Source: Vicinamibacteria bacterium (GTDB lineage Bacteria; Acidobacteriota; Vicinamibacteria; Marinacidobacterales; Marinacidobacteraceae). Taken from it: a DNA stretch of 64,000 nucleotides. Below the pieces are notes generated by a model. It ran no database searches. It worked only from the letters and a program-made list of their open reading frames with translations, and was not told the origin of the DNA. The stretch lies in NCBI GenBank assembly GCA_963555995.3, contig OY821641.1:1696001-1760000 (forward strand), in the 5' to 3' direction. The position numbers and the translations under genes were made by a program. Below, in pieces: positions 26,680 to 36,009 of this stretch (position 1 is the stretch's first letter; each line of letters begins with the position of its first letter).

Positions 26680-27759
26680 CTACATCCGCGAGGCGGGCAC
26701 CGGGACTTCCTCGATCAGCCGCCGCACGATGGCTTCCGAGTCCACCTTCTCCGACTGCGCCTGGAAGTTGGGCAGCACCCGGTGCCGGAAGATGGGCGGC
26801 GCCAGCGCCTGCACGTCCTCGATCGCCACGTGGTGGCGGCCGTGCATCAGGGCGCGGGCCTTGCCGCCGAGCACCGAGAACTGCGCGGCGCGCACGCTGG
26901 CCCCGTACTGGACCTGCTCGTTCACGAAGTCGGGCGCGCCGTCCTCGCCGGGGCGGCTCCGCCGCGCCAGCTCGACGGCGTACGCCAGCACCGGCTCGGA
27001 GACCGGCACCCGGCGGACGAGGCGCTGGAACTCGAGGAGTTCTTCCCCCGAGAGGACGTTTTCCAGTTCCGGGTCGAGGTCCGAGGTCGTCGCGCGCACC
27101 ACCTCGCGCTCCTGGTCCACGGGCAGGTAGTCAATGATGATGTTGAACAGGAAGCGGTCGAGCTGCGCCTCGGGGAGCGGGTAGGTGCCCTCGAGCTCGA
27201 TCGGGTTCTGGGTGGCGAAGACGAAGTAGGGCTCGGGCAGCGGATAGGTGCGGCCCTGGACGGTCACCTGGTGTTCCTGCATCGCCTCCAGCAGGGCCGA
27301 CTGGGTCTTCGGCGGGGTGCGGTTGATCTCGTCCGCCAGCACGATGTTGGCGAACACCGGGCCGGGAACGAACACCAGGTTGCGCTTCCCGGTCTCCGGG
27401 TTCTCCTGGATGATGTCGGTGCCGGTGATGTCCGAGGGCATCAGGTCGGGGGTGAACTGGATGCGCTGGAAGCGCAGGGCGAGGACCTCGGAGAGGGTCT
27501 GGACGATCATCGTCTTGGCGAGTCCGGGAACGCCGGTGATGATGCTGTTGCCGCCGACGAAGAGGCTGATCAACACCTCCTCGATCGCCTGCTCCTGGCC
27601 GATGATCCGCTTCGAGATCTCGCCGATGATGCGCTCGGCGGCCTCCCGCATCCGCCCGGCGAGATCGCCGTCGGAGATGGCCGGCGGTTCGGCCACCGCC
27701 GCCGCGCCCCCGGTTGGGTTCAGGTCCTGATCTGACAAGAGATCCTCCGTTTCGACCAC
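26680..27759 (-). CDS. moxR: MoxR-family AAA+ ATPase
   Basis: 'GVPGLAKT', 'RIQFTPDLMPSD', 'LADEINRTPPKTQSALLEAM', 'ATQNPIE.EGTYPLPEAQLDRF'. Confidence 0.95.
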   Translation of the reverse strand: MVETEDLLSDQDLNPTGGAAAVAEPPAISDGDLAGRMREAAERIIGEISKRIIGQEQAIEEVLISLFVGGNSIITGVPGLAKTMIVQTLSEVLALRFQRIQFTPDLMPSDITGTDIIQENPETGKRNLVFVPGPVFANIVLADEINRTPPKTQSALLEAMQEHQVTVQGRTYPLPEPYFVFATQNPIELEGTYPLPEAQLDRFLFNIIIDYLPVDQEREVVRATTSDLDPELENVLSGEELLEFQRLVRRVPVSEPVLAYAVELARRSRPGEDGAPDFVNEQVQYGASVRAAQFSVLGGKARALMHGRHHVAIEDVQALAPPIFRHRVLPNFQAQSEKVDSEAIVRRLIEEVPVPASRM

Positions 27760-27769
27760 GCTCCGGCGG

Positions 27770-28651
27770 TCAGTGGATCATTCCGTAGATTACGTAGTTG
27801 ACGCCGAGCTTGAATGCCTCGTTGGTGAGGTCCACCGGCCAGTAGGCGTTGCCCGACCACTCCCAGTAGTCGCCGATGTCGTGGTTGTAGTTGGCGATCA
27901 CCATCAGGCGCCGGTCGGGGTCGTTGTTCTCGAAGAATCCGTAGTACACGGGGACGAGATCCGGACGCCCGATGTGCTCGAAGTCGAGCGTCTCGATGTG
28001 GAAGAAGGAATCGAAGACGGGGTGCGAGACGTCGAGCTCCACCGCCGTGTAGCCGGGGAGGACGCGCTCCATCTGGACGAGGAAGTTGTCGAGCTGGCGG
28101 GACTGCACGAAGTCGTCCACCACCAGGAACCCGCCCTTGAGCAGCCAGGCCCGCAGGTTCTCGGCTTCCTGATCGCTCGGGTTCCAGAACCCGACTTCAC
28201 ACAGGTAGGCGAAGGGGCGCCTGAAGAGGGCGGCCTCGTTGAGCGAGTAGATGTCGCCGCCGCCCTCGTTGAGCGTGAGCGAGGTGTATTCCCCCAGGAT
28301 GCGGGTGAAGTTCTCCTCGCCCCACGGATAGTCGTGGTTCCACTTCAGGTCGAGCCCCCAGTAGAACGGCCCCCGGCGGTAGCGCGGCGGCTCGAAACGG
28401 ACCCGGGCGAAGGTGAAGCGGTCGCTGTAGGGATAGTTGTCGTATTCGAGGGGGAGTTCCACCGCGTTCGGGTCGGGCCGGAAGGTCGCGGTGAGCGCGA
28501 ACCGGTCCCGGGTCCCCGGGGGGTCGGCCGCCGCCCGCTCCAGCCGGCCGGCCGCGAAGAGGACCGCGCCGAGGGCGCTCAGCCCGACCCCGGCGGCGGC
28601 GATGCGCGCCGCCGTCCTCCATCCGCGGCGGGTCGGCCGGGCCCCTGACAC
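27770..28651 (-). CDS. DUF4159 domain protein
   Basis: 'FTFARVRF', 'W.HDYP', 'LRAWLLKGGFLVVDDF', 'HPVFDSFF', 'GVNYVIYGM'. Confidence 0.85.
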   Translation of the reverse strand: MSGARPTRRGWRTAARIAAAGVGLSALGAVLFAAGRLERAAADPPGTRDRFALTATFRPDPNAVELPLEYDNYPYSDRFTFARVRFEPPRYRRGPFYWGLDLKWNHDYPWGEENFTRILGEYTSLTLNEGGGDIYSLNEAALFRRPFAYLCEVGFWNPSDQEAENLRAWLLKGGFLVVDDFVQSRQLDNFLVQMERVLPGYTAVELDVSHPVFDSFFHIETLDFEHIGRPDLVPVYYGFFENNDPDRRLMVIANYNHDIGDYWEWSGNAYWPVDLTNEAFKLGVNYVIYGMIH

Positions 28652-31375
28652 TCAGCCCTCGCTCCGGAGATCCAGCAGCAGCCGGAGGGCGGGGTCGAAG
28701 GTGGGGGCGATCTCGAGCGCCTCCAGCACCCGGCGCCGCGCCGCGGCCCGGTCCCCGGCGCGGAAGTGCGCGAGCGCCAGCGCATGGAGGGCGCCGGCGC
28801 GGTCGGGCGCGCCGCTCGCCAGCACCGCCTGCCGCTCGCGGACCTCCAGCTCGGCGAGTCCCTGCGCCGCCGCGGCCTCGGCGAGGCGCTCGTGCGGCTC
28901 GGGAAGCATGGGATACGCCTCGATGGCGGAGGTCAACGCGGCGCCCGCTTCGCCGGGCTTTCCGGTGTCGGCATAGATGGCGGCCAGTCGGAGCCACTCA
29001 TCGTATGCCGCCGGGAATCGCTTCAAGTGGTCGTGGAGGGAGAGCCGCGCCCGATCGGGTTGATCCGCGTCGGCGTACAGGCGGGAAAGATAGCGGTAGG
29101 GGCCGTCCGCGCCGCCGTATTCGGGGGCGATCCCTGCGGCGCGCTCCAGCCGCTCGATGGCCTCGGCGTTCCGGCCGGCTTCCTGCAGCGCGACCCCGGC
29201 CTGGATCTGGAGCGCGAAGTTCGCCGGCGCCGCATCGGCGCGGGCGACGAGCGTCTCGATGCCCGGATCCGCCGGGGGCAGCGCGTGGCCGGGCGCTCCC
29301 GGTCCCGCGGACCCCGATTGCTCCAGTCCGCGCGCCGTGTCCCCGAAGCGGGCTTCCAGCAGGGCGTCCACCGCTTCGTCGAGCGCCTCCGGGGTGATGC
29401 CGAGGACCCCTTCGATGACCTGCGGGGTGTCCATGCCCCGCCGGTAGCCCTCCAGCATCTCGAGGATCGCGGCGAACCCGTACTCCCCGTCCACGTGTTC
29501 GAGTACGAGCGAGGCGTGGAAGTAGGAAACACCCACCTGACCCGGCCAGGTGGGCCGCACGAAGCCCTCGTCGAGGTGGGGGAGGTCGAGGAGCTTCCCG
29601 TCCCGGAGCGCGAGGTAGAACGGGAGCGCGGCCCCGTCCCCGAAGCGCCAGCGCTCCTCGAGCAAGCTCAGCCCCTCGGTGAACCAGCGCGGGACGCGGT
29701 TGTCGGTGAGGCCCATGGCCGCCGCGTGCGCGAGTTCGTGCCAGAGCGTCGAGGCCCAGTGGTAAGTCCCGATCTCCCGCGCCGACGGGGATTCGAGCGC
29801 GATCACGTCCCCGAAACAGACGCCGTGGGCCCCGATACCCGGGATGCCCACCGTCCGCACCGAGAAGTCGGCCGAACGGTCGTAGATCTCGATGCGGAGG
29901 GTCTGCGGAGGCTCGTACCCGTAGCGGTTCCGGAAGGAGTCCACCGCCTCCCGCGCCAGCGCTTCCACGTAGGGGCGGAGGACCGCCGCTTCGGCGGCCG
30001 GGAGCACGAACTCGAAGGGGGGCGCGCTGATGGTCGCGAAGCCGTCCAGTTCATCCAGCAGGTCGAGGGTGTTCTTCACCAGCGCGTCGAACGGATCGCG
30101 GCGGAAGGCGTCTTCCAGCACCTTCCGGCCCTCGCCGATGTCTCCCAGCCGCAGCAGATTGAGCCCCAGCAGCCGCGAGGCGGCGGCCGAGTCCGGGTTC
30201 CGCCGGAGCGCCGCCCGGCTTCGCCGCGCGGCCTCCCGGTACCAGCGGCGCCGCTCGGCGGCGGACGCCAGGGTCAGGTCGAGAAGCGGGTCGCCCGCCC
30301 AGTCGTGCCGGAAGCGCGCCTCCAGCTCGAAGAGCTCGGGGTCTTGTCCCGTGAGCAGGCGGACCGCCGCCAGGGCCGCGAGGGTCTCGGGGGCGTCCGG
30401 CAGCGCCTCCACGGCGGCGGCCGCGCGGCGCTCCGCCTCCTCGTGGCGGTCCTGCTCCAGCAGCCGCTGGACCTCGAGCGCCCGCGCCGGCGGATGGTTC
30501 GGGTTGACCGCCAGCGCCTGGGCCAGCGCGTCGGTGGGCTCGCCTCCGTCCGCGAGGGCGGCGGCCGGGCGGTCCTGGAGCCGGGCGGTCAGGAAGAGGC
30601 CGTGCGGGTGCCGGGGATTGTTCCGGAGCACCGCGGTGAGGCTCTCCACAGCCTCGGCGGTGTTGAACTTGTCGAGCAGGAGTTCCGCCGCCAGCAAAGG
30701 GGGCCGCGGATCGCCCGGGTCCAGCACCGCCGCCTCGTCGAAGACCCGCAGCGCGTCGCGGAACAGTCCCGGGCTCTGGAACCCGAGCGCGGCGGCGGCT
30801 CTCCCCACCGCGGCGAGTTCGCGGGCGCGGAACACCGCTCCGGGCAGGGTGTTGTAGGCGTCAATCACGCCGTCCAGCCGCGCGAGGCCGGGCTCCCGCT
30901 TGCCGCGGCGGAGTTCGAGCAGGCCGAGCAGCGTCTCGGCCTCGAGGGAACGCCCGTCGGACGCCGGGCCCACGCGTTCGATGTGCTCCCGCAGCAAGTC
31001 CTCCGCCGCCTCCCCCTCCCCGATCTCGAGATGGATTTCGGCCCGGACGAGCCGTTCCGCCGGCGGCCCCGTCGCGGCGCCTCCCTCCAGGACTTCCAGA
31101 GCCTCGCGGTAGCGGCCGGTGAGCCGCAGCGTCTCGGCCAGTCCCCGCCGGGCGCCGGGTTCGGCGTGCGCCGCCCGGTAGGCGGCCTCGGCCTCGTCGT
31201 AACGTCCGCCCCGCAGGGCGGCGGCGGCGACGTCGGGCCCGCCCGGCCACCCGTTCGAGCCGGCGTCCGCGGCCTGCGGCCGGAATGCGGCGGCCGCCGG
31301 GAGGCCCGCGAGAAGCGCGGCGAGCCCCGCAACGGTCGCCGCCGCCCGCGCGGGGCCGCGCCGCCCGCCTCTCAC
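28652..31375 (-). CDS. TPR-repeat protein with peptidase MA-like (gluzincin) domain
   Basis: Signal peptide, many TPR-like helices, 'WHELAH...VPRWFTEG'. GTG start overlaps the upstream stop. Confidence 0.8.
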   Translation of the reverse strand: MRGGRRGPARAAATVAGLAALLAGLPAAAAFRPQAADAGSNGWPGGPDVAAAALRGGRYDEAEAAYRAAHAEPGARRGLAETLRLTGRYREALEVLEGGAATGPPAERLVRAEIHLEIGEGEAAEDLLREHIERVGPASDGRSLEAETLLGLLELRRGKREPGLARLDGVIDAYNTLPGAVFRARELAAVGRAAAALGFQSPGLFRDALRVFDEAAVLDPGDPRPPLLAAELLLDKFNTAEAVESLTAVLRNNPRHPHGLFLTARLQDRPAAALADGGEPTDALAQALAVNPNHPPARALEVQRLLEQDRHEEAERRAAAAVEALPDAPETLAALAAVRLLTGQDPELFELEARFRHDWAGDPLLDLTLASAAERRRWYREAARRSRAALRRNPDSAAASRLLGLNLLRLGDIGEGRKVLEDAFRRDPFDALVKNTLDLLDELDGFATISAPPFEFVLPAAEAAVLRPYVEALAREAVDSFRNRYGYEPPQTLRIEIYDRSADFSVRTVGIPGIGAHGVCFGDVIALESPSAREIGTYHWASTLWHELAHAAAMGLTDNRVPRWFTEGLSLLEERWRFGDGAALPFYLALRDGKLLDLPHLDEGFVRPTWPGQVGVSYFHASLVLEHVDGEYGFAAILEMLEGYRRGMDTPQVIEGVLGITPEALDEAVDALLEARFGDTARGLEQSGSAGPGAPGHALPPADPGIETLVARADAAPANFALQIQAGVALQEAGRNAEAIERLERAAGIAPEYGGADGPYRYLSRLYADADQPDRARLSLHDHLKRFPAAYDEWLRLAAIYADTGKPGEAGAALTSAIEAYPMLPEPHERLAEAAAAQGLAELEVRERQAVLASGAPDRAGALHALALAHFRAGDRAAARRRVLEALEIAPTFDPALRLLLDLRSEG

Positions 31376-32427
31376 GCGCCCTTCTCCCGGAGCACGGCGA
31401 TCCGTTCCGCGATTTCGGCGATCTGGAGGAGGAGCGCCTCCAGTTCGGCCAGGTAGGTCTCCTCCTCCATCCCTTCCCGGGCGTCGCGGAGAGCATCCAC
31501 GCGGGCGGCGAGCGCGTCCCGTTCGGCGACCAGGCGGCGGATCTCCGGGGTCTCCGCCGACGCGTCCGCGACGGCGTCCGCGCTCCGGACGAGCAGCGCC
31601 CGCCGGCCGGCCAGCACTCCGTCCATCCCCGCCGCCATCTCCGGATCGAGGCTGCCGACCCCGTCCCCGTTGTCGTCCAGCAGCGCGTGCTCGGTCCGCA
31701 ACAGCCCCTCCCGCTCGTATTCGCGCTCCACCCCGCGCCGCGCGAAATCGAAGGCTTCGAGGGCCGAGAGGCGCCCGTCCTTGTTCCGGTCGCCTTCGTC
31801 TCCGGCGAGCGCCGCGATGAAGTGCCGGGGGAAGCGGGTCTCGTTGGTCTCGTTGGCGCGCGTCGCCGCGAGCACCACCCGTCCGGGTCCGGAGAGCGCC
31901 GGCAGGAAGGCCCCGGCGGCGCTCCCGAGATGGGCGACCGTCACCGGCGCCGGTCCGAAGCCGTCCAGCATCCCGCCGAGTCGCTCCGGGGACAGGTCCG
32001 GCCCCGGGAGTTGGAACCGCGGGCTCCCTCCCGCGCTCCCGTGGCCGATCAGCACCAGCACCAGGCCGCCGCCCGGAGTCCCGGCTCCCCGCGCCGCCTC
32101 GACTTCGCGGGCGAGTTCCTCCTGGGTGCTCCGGGCGGCGGGGGAGCAGGGGTCGTCGGCCGCCGCGTCCTCGGGAAGGCGCTCCACCAGCACCCGGACG
32201 CGGCCCGGCGCAGGCGTTCCCAGCGCGGCGGCGCAGAGCTCCCGCGCCCATCCCGCGAACCGTTCGCGGTGCTCGGGGGTGCCGCCGACGCCCGCGACGA
32301 TGAGGAGCGCCGGGACGTCTTCCCCGCCGCGCTCCAGCGCTCCCGCATCGCCTCCGGCCAGGGCGAGGGCGCCGAAGCAAGCGGCCCCGAGGCGCCGGAC
32401 CGTCCGGCGGCGCGGTCCGCGGCTCAC
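31372..32427 (-). CDS. Secreted hypothetical protein, caspase/hemoglobinase-like fold
   Basis: 'ALLIVAGVGG', 'LVLIGHGS', 'F.LPGPD', EF-hand-like 'DRNKDGRLS' and 'DDNGDG'; coupled to its neighbours. Confidence 0.6.
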   Translation of the reverse strand: MSRGPRRRTVRRLGAACFGALALAGGDAGALERGGEDVPALLIVAGVGGTPEHRERFAGWARELCAAALGTPAPGRVRVLVERLPEDAAADDPCSPAARSTQEELAREVEAARGAGTPGGGLVLVLIGHGSAGGSPRFQLPGPDLSPERLGGMLDGFGPAPVTVAHLGSAAGAFLPALSGPGRVVLAATRANETNETRFPRHFIAALAGDEGDRNKDGRLSALEAFDFARRGVEREYEREGLLRTEHALLDDNGDGVGSLDPEMAAGMDGVLAGRRALLVRSADAVADASAETPEIRRLVAERDALAARVDALRDAREGMEEETYLAELEALLLQIAEIAERIAVLREKGA

Positions 32428-34775
32428 GGAAGACCCCGCGCGTGCCGAACGCCCCAGTCGGCGGCCAGCAACCCGAAGAGCAGCAGGAACACCGCCGGCA
32501 CGTTCCAGAGTTCCCGCCGCTCGACGACGGTGGTCCCCGATTCCGCGAGACTCAGATCGGTCACCAGCGCCTCGGCCTCGCCGGGCGCGAAGCGCCGGCC
32601 GCCGGTGGCCTCCGCGATGCGGGCGAGCAGCTCGGGGTCCGCTTCCGCATCGAAGAACTCGTCGTCCACGATGCCCGCCTCGAACAGGGTCGCCGCCCGG
32701 GGAGCTTCCGCGCCCTCGCGCAGCCCGCCCCCTCCGGCGCGGATCTCCACCTGGTGGACGCCCGGGCCCCCGGGGACATAGACGCCCGAGTACTCGCCGT
32801 CCCCCAGTCCGGTCCAGCGCAGCGGCACCCCGGAGATGACGCCGTCGGGGCCGGTGACCTCGGCCTCGACGAACGCGTCGTTGACGGCGAGGAACCGTTC
32901 GTCCTCGACCCGGGCGCTGAGCGTCACCCGTTCGCCGACCAGCGACCGGGCCGGGGACGCCGAGACTTCCAGCCGCCGGGGCGACTCGGACGCCAGCCAG
33001 CGGAGCAGCCGCCGGGACAGCACCTCGTGGGTCTCGTCCTCGAGCGGAACGCTCGCGTCCATCTGCCACACCCACAGGTCCTGGGCCGTCAGACTCGCCG
33101 AGCGCCCGCGCCCGAACCGCTGGACCAGCAGCACCGCCTCGGGTTCTTCCGACGGACCCAGTCCCTCGAGCAGCACCGTCGCCCCCGGTTTGGGCCGACC
33201 CAACCGGTTGACGCCCGAGAGCGGCGGCAGGTTCCGGTAGAGGTCCTCGTTGGCGAGCGGGTCCGGGGCGAGCCGCGCGACCGGATGCAGCGAACCGGCC
33301 CGGGTGGGGAGGATCGAGAGTTCCCGGAAGGCCGCCGGCACCGGCCGGTCCCGGGCGTCCGCGGGGGCCGCCGGCACTTCGGGAAGCGTGAGCGGCAGGA
33401 CTTCCGCCAGCGGGGTGTCGCGGTAGCCGCCCTCGCTGAAGGCGCTCGTCCCCCCGAGGGTCAGCAGGCCGCCTCCCCGCTGGCTCACGAAGTCGCGGAG
33501 CATGTTGAGCTGGCCCTGGGTGAAGAAGCTCGCCTCCACGCTGCCGAGGATTACCCCGTCGTAGGCGAAGAGTTCCTCGCGGGTATCGGGGAACCCCCCG
33601 GCCAGTTCCGCGGCGTCCGCGACATCCACCCGGTAGAACTTCCCCTCGGCGGTGCGGATCAGGCAGGAGACGTGCAGTTCCGGGTCGCCCGCGACCGCCC
33701 GCCGCAGGAACTTCAGTTCCCAGCGCGGCTGTCCCTCGAAATAGAGCAACCGCAGCGGCCGGTCGTCCACCTCCATCAGCACGCTCTGCTCGTTGTTGCG
33801 GGTCAGGACCTCGCCGGCGAACGGGGCCACCCGGAACCGCAGCCGCCGCGCCCCGGCCTCCTCCGCGGGCGCCAGCAGCGTCACCGTGGTCTCCACCGCG
33901 TCGCTCGGGAACCGGACGGTCTCGGTGGCGATGATGCGCCCCTCGTCGAGGGCCTCCACCCGCGCCGTGCGTCCGGCGAGTCCGGTGGCGCGGAGCGGCA
34001 GCCGGACTTCGAGCAGCGCCCCGCGCAGGACGCGCGCGGGCACGTCCGGGGCGCCGAGCTCCAGGTCGGCCTCGAACGCGGGCCGGCCCACCGCCACCGG
34101 ATAGACCCGGATCCCCCGGGTCCTGAGATCGAGGAGCGTCTGGTCGAGGTCGTCCTCCCGTCCTCCGGCCACGGTGTCCGCCCCGTCGCTCACGAGCACG
34201 ATGCCCGCCACCGGCAGCGAGGCGAGCTCGTCGGCCACCCGGGTGAGGCTGCCGAGCAGGTCGGTGCGCGCCCCGGTGAAGCCGAGTTCCGAAGCGCTTC
34301 CCACCCGCCGGGTGTCGTCCGCGAAGCGGAAGAGCCGGGTCACGAACTTCTCGCGCAGGAGGTCGCCCAGCGCGGCCTCCCCGCTGGCCGCCGCCTCGTC
34401 GGGAAAGGCCGCGAGCAGCGCCTCGCTCCGCGGCCGGCCGTCCTCCCCGTCGGGGATCTGCATGCTCCGGGAGTCGTCGAGGAGCACCCCGACGACGTTC
34501 TCCTGCGGCACGACGAGGGACAGCACCAGTTGCGGGCGGAGCAGGCAGAGGAGGACGAGGGCGATGGCGGCGAACCGCGCCGCCCCGAGCAGGAGGCGGC
34601 CCCGCGTCCCGAGCCGCCTTCCCAGCCGCCGGTAGCCGAGCAGGGCGAAGACCAGCGCGCCGGCCGCCGCGGCGGCGATCCAGAAGACGCCCCAGGGAAC
34701 CAGCAGTTCGATCTGTCCGCGCTCGAACGCGACCGGAGGGCTGCCCAGCAGCCATTCGAACGCGGAGAGGAACAA
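32424..34775 (-). CDS. VWA + glutamine-amidotransferase-like (DUF1355-type) membrane protein
   Basis: 'LLDDSRSM', 'LVSDG', 'LYFEGQPRWELKFL', 'FVSQRGGGLL.LGG..AFSEGGY'. Confidence 0.8.
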   Translation of the reverse strand: MFLSAFEWLLGSPPVAFERGQIELLVPWGVFWIAAAAAGALVFALLGYRRLGRRLGTRGRLLLGAARFAAIALVLLCLLRPQLVLSLVVPQENVVGVLLDDSRSMQIPDGEDGRPRSEALLAAFPDEAAASGEAALGDLLREKFVTRLFRFADDTRRVGSASELGFTGARTDLLGSLTRVADELASLPVAGIVLVSDGADTVAGGREDDLDQTLLDLRTRGIRVYPVAVGRPAFEADLELGAPDVPARVLRGALLEVRLPLRATGLAGRTARVEALDEGRIIATETVRFPSDAVETTVTLLAPAEEAGARRLRFRVAPFAGEVLTRNNEQSVLMEVDDRPLRLLYFEGQPRWELKFLRRAVAGDPELHVSCLIRTAEGKFYRVDVADAAELAGGFPDTREELFAYDGVILGSVEASFFTQGQLNMLRDFVSQRGGGLLTLGGTSAFSEGGYRDTPLAEVLPLTLPEVPAAPADARDRPVPAAFRELSILPTRAGSLHPVARLAPDPLANEDLYRNLPPLSGVNRLGRPKPGATVLLEGLGPSEEPEAVLLVQRFGRGRSASLTAQDLWVWQMDASVPLEDETHEVLSRRLLRWLASESPRRLEVSASPARSLVGERVTLSARVEDERFLAVNDAFVEAEVTGPDGVISGVPLRWTGLGDGEYSGVYVPGGPGVHQVEIRAGGGGLREGAEAPRAATLFEAGIVDDEFFDAEADPELLARIAEATGGRRFAPGEAEALVTDLSLAESGTTVVERRELWNVPAVFLLLFGLLAADWGVRHARGLP

Positions 34776-34797
34776 GGGGAGAGGGGTCGGGCGGCGA

Positions 34798-35625
34798 TCA
34801 GTGCGCCATCGCGTAGATGATGAAGTTGATCCCCATGGCGTAGGCGTAGTTCGAGAAGTGGAGCGGGTAGTAGGGGTTCTCGGCCCACTCCCAGGCGTCC
34901 CCGAGGTCGGTGTTCCAGTTCACGAGGACCATCAGGCGCCGCTCGTCGTCGAAGATGCCCCGCACCACCGGGTGGTAGCCGTCGCGCTCCCAGGTGGGGC
35001 CGCCGCGGATCCCCTGCCCCACGTTCGGCACCTGGACGATCTCGTCCACCTCGAAGAAGGCGCGGAACACGGGGTGGTCCAGCGGGATGTCCTCGATCGG
35101 CCGTCCGGGGAGGACCCGGCCCATCTCGTGCGCGAAGTTGACCCACTCGGCGGTGCCCCAGAAGTCGTCCACGACGAGGAAGCCCCCCTGGTGGAGGTAG
35201 CGGCGCAGGGCGAGCACTTCCGCTTCGGTCATCGCCATGTGTCCGACCTCGACGGTGTAGAGGAAGGGATACCTCCCGAGGTCGGGGTCGGTGAGCAGGA
35301 CGCTGTTCTCGTTCTCGTAGGAATCGAGGTTCGTGATCCGCCGCAGCCCGATCAGGAACTGCAGGTCCGCCTTGGGGTAGTCCACGCTCCAGCCGCGCCA
35401 GCCGTAGCTCGTGTAGGCGGCCCGCGTGAAATAGAAGTCATGGGCCGGCCGCGGTCCGTAACGCGGCCCTCCCAGGTCCTCCCGCATCGCCTCGGCCAGC
35501 ATCTCCCGGATCTGCTGCCGGCTCGGCTGGAACGCCGCCGGCAGACTGCGCCCAAGCACCGCTCCTCCGAACAGGAGCGCCGCCACGAGGACGAACCCGG
35601 CGGCCAGAATTCCTCGGCGAAACAC
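34798..35625 (-). CDS. DUF4159 domain protein
   Basis: 'FYFTRAAY', 'WSVDYPKAD', 'GGFLVVDDFWG', 'NTDLGDAWE', 'GINFIIYAM'. GTG start inferred. Confidence 0.85.
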   Translation of the reverse strand: MFRRGILAAGFVLVAALLFGGAVLGRSLPAAFQPSRQQIREMLAEAMREDLGGPRYGPRPAHDFYFTRAAYTSYGWRGWSVDYPKADLQFLIGLRRITNLDSYENENSVLLTDPDLGRYPFLYTVEVGHMAMTEAEVLALRRYLHQGGFLVVDDFWGTAEWVNFAHEMGRVLPGRPIEDIPLDHPVFRAFFEVDEIVQVPNVGQGIRGGPTWERDGYHPVVRGIFDDERRLMVLVNWNTDLGDAWEWAENPYYPLHFSNYAYAMGINFIIYAMAH

Positions 35626-35717
35626 GTCGCCGGAGCCTATCGCGTCCCAACCCGGCGGTGACACGCAGCCAGCCCGGACTGCCGAGAATGCGCACCCCAC
35701 TTGATGGCTTACCCGCC

Positions 35718-35914
35718 TGGACCGCCGGTCTCCAGACCGGCACCCGCGGGCCGGAGGTCCGCGGATGTTCCGTGGCTACGGGTCGTAGCGGAATCCCGAG
35801 GAAGCGTCCCAACTCGTGGCGGGCCAGCGGACAGGAACGCACCACCGCGCCGATCGGCGTCCCGCCACGCGCTGCGCCTTCGCGCAGCGTGCCGGTCTGG
35901 AGACCGGCGTTCCA
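35718..35914. repeat. REP doublet (REPIN-like)
   Basis: tggaccgccggtctccagaccggcac ... gtgccggtctggagaccggcgttcca. Confidence 0.8.
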
Positions 35915-36009
35915 AGCCGTTTGCGCTACCTCTGCGGTTGAGGTGAGCGCCGAGACCGCTGGTACCATCGGGGCTCCCTTTTCTGGCGTTTCCGAAGCGG
36001 GGTATTGCC

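Noticed and set aside
28652-34755. Track ORFs of 1242 aa and 1127 aa as full-length proteins
   Set aside because: Their N-terminal parts are out-of-frame overlaps with upstream genes; true starts are inferred at GTG 31375 and 32427.
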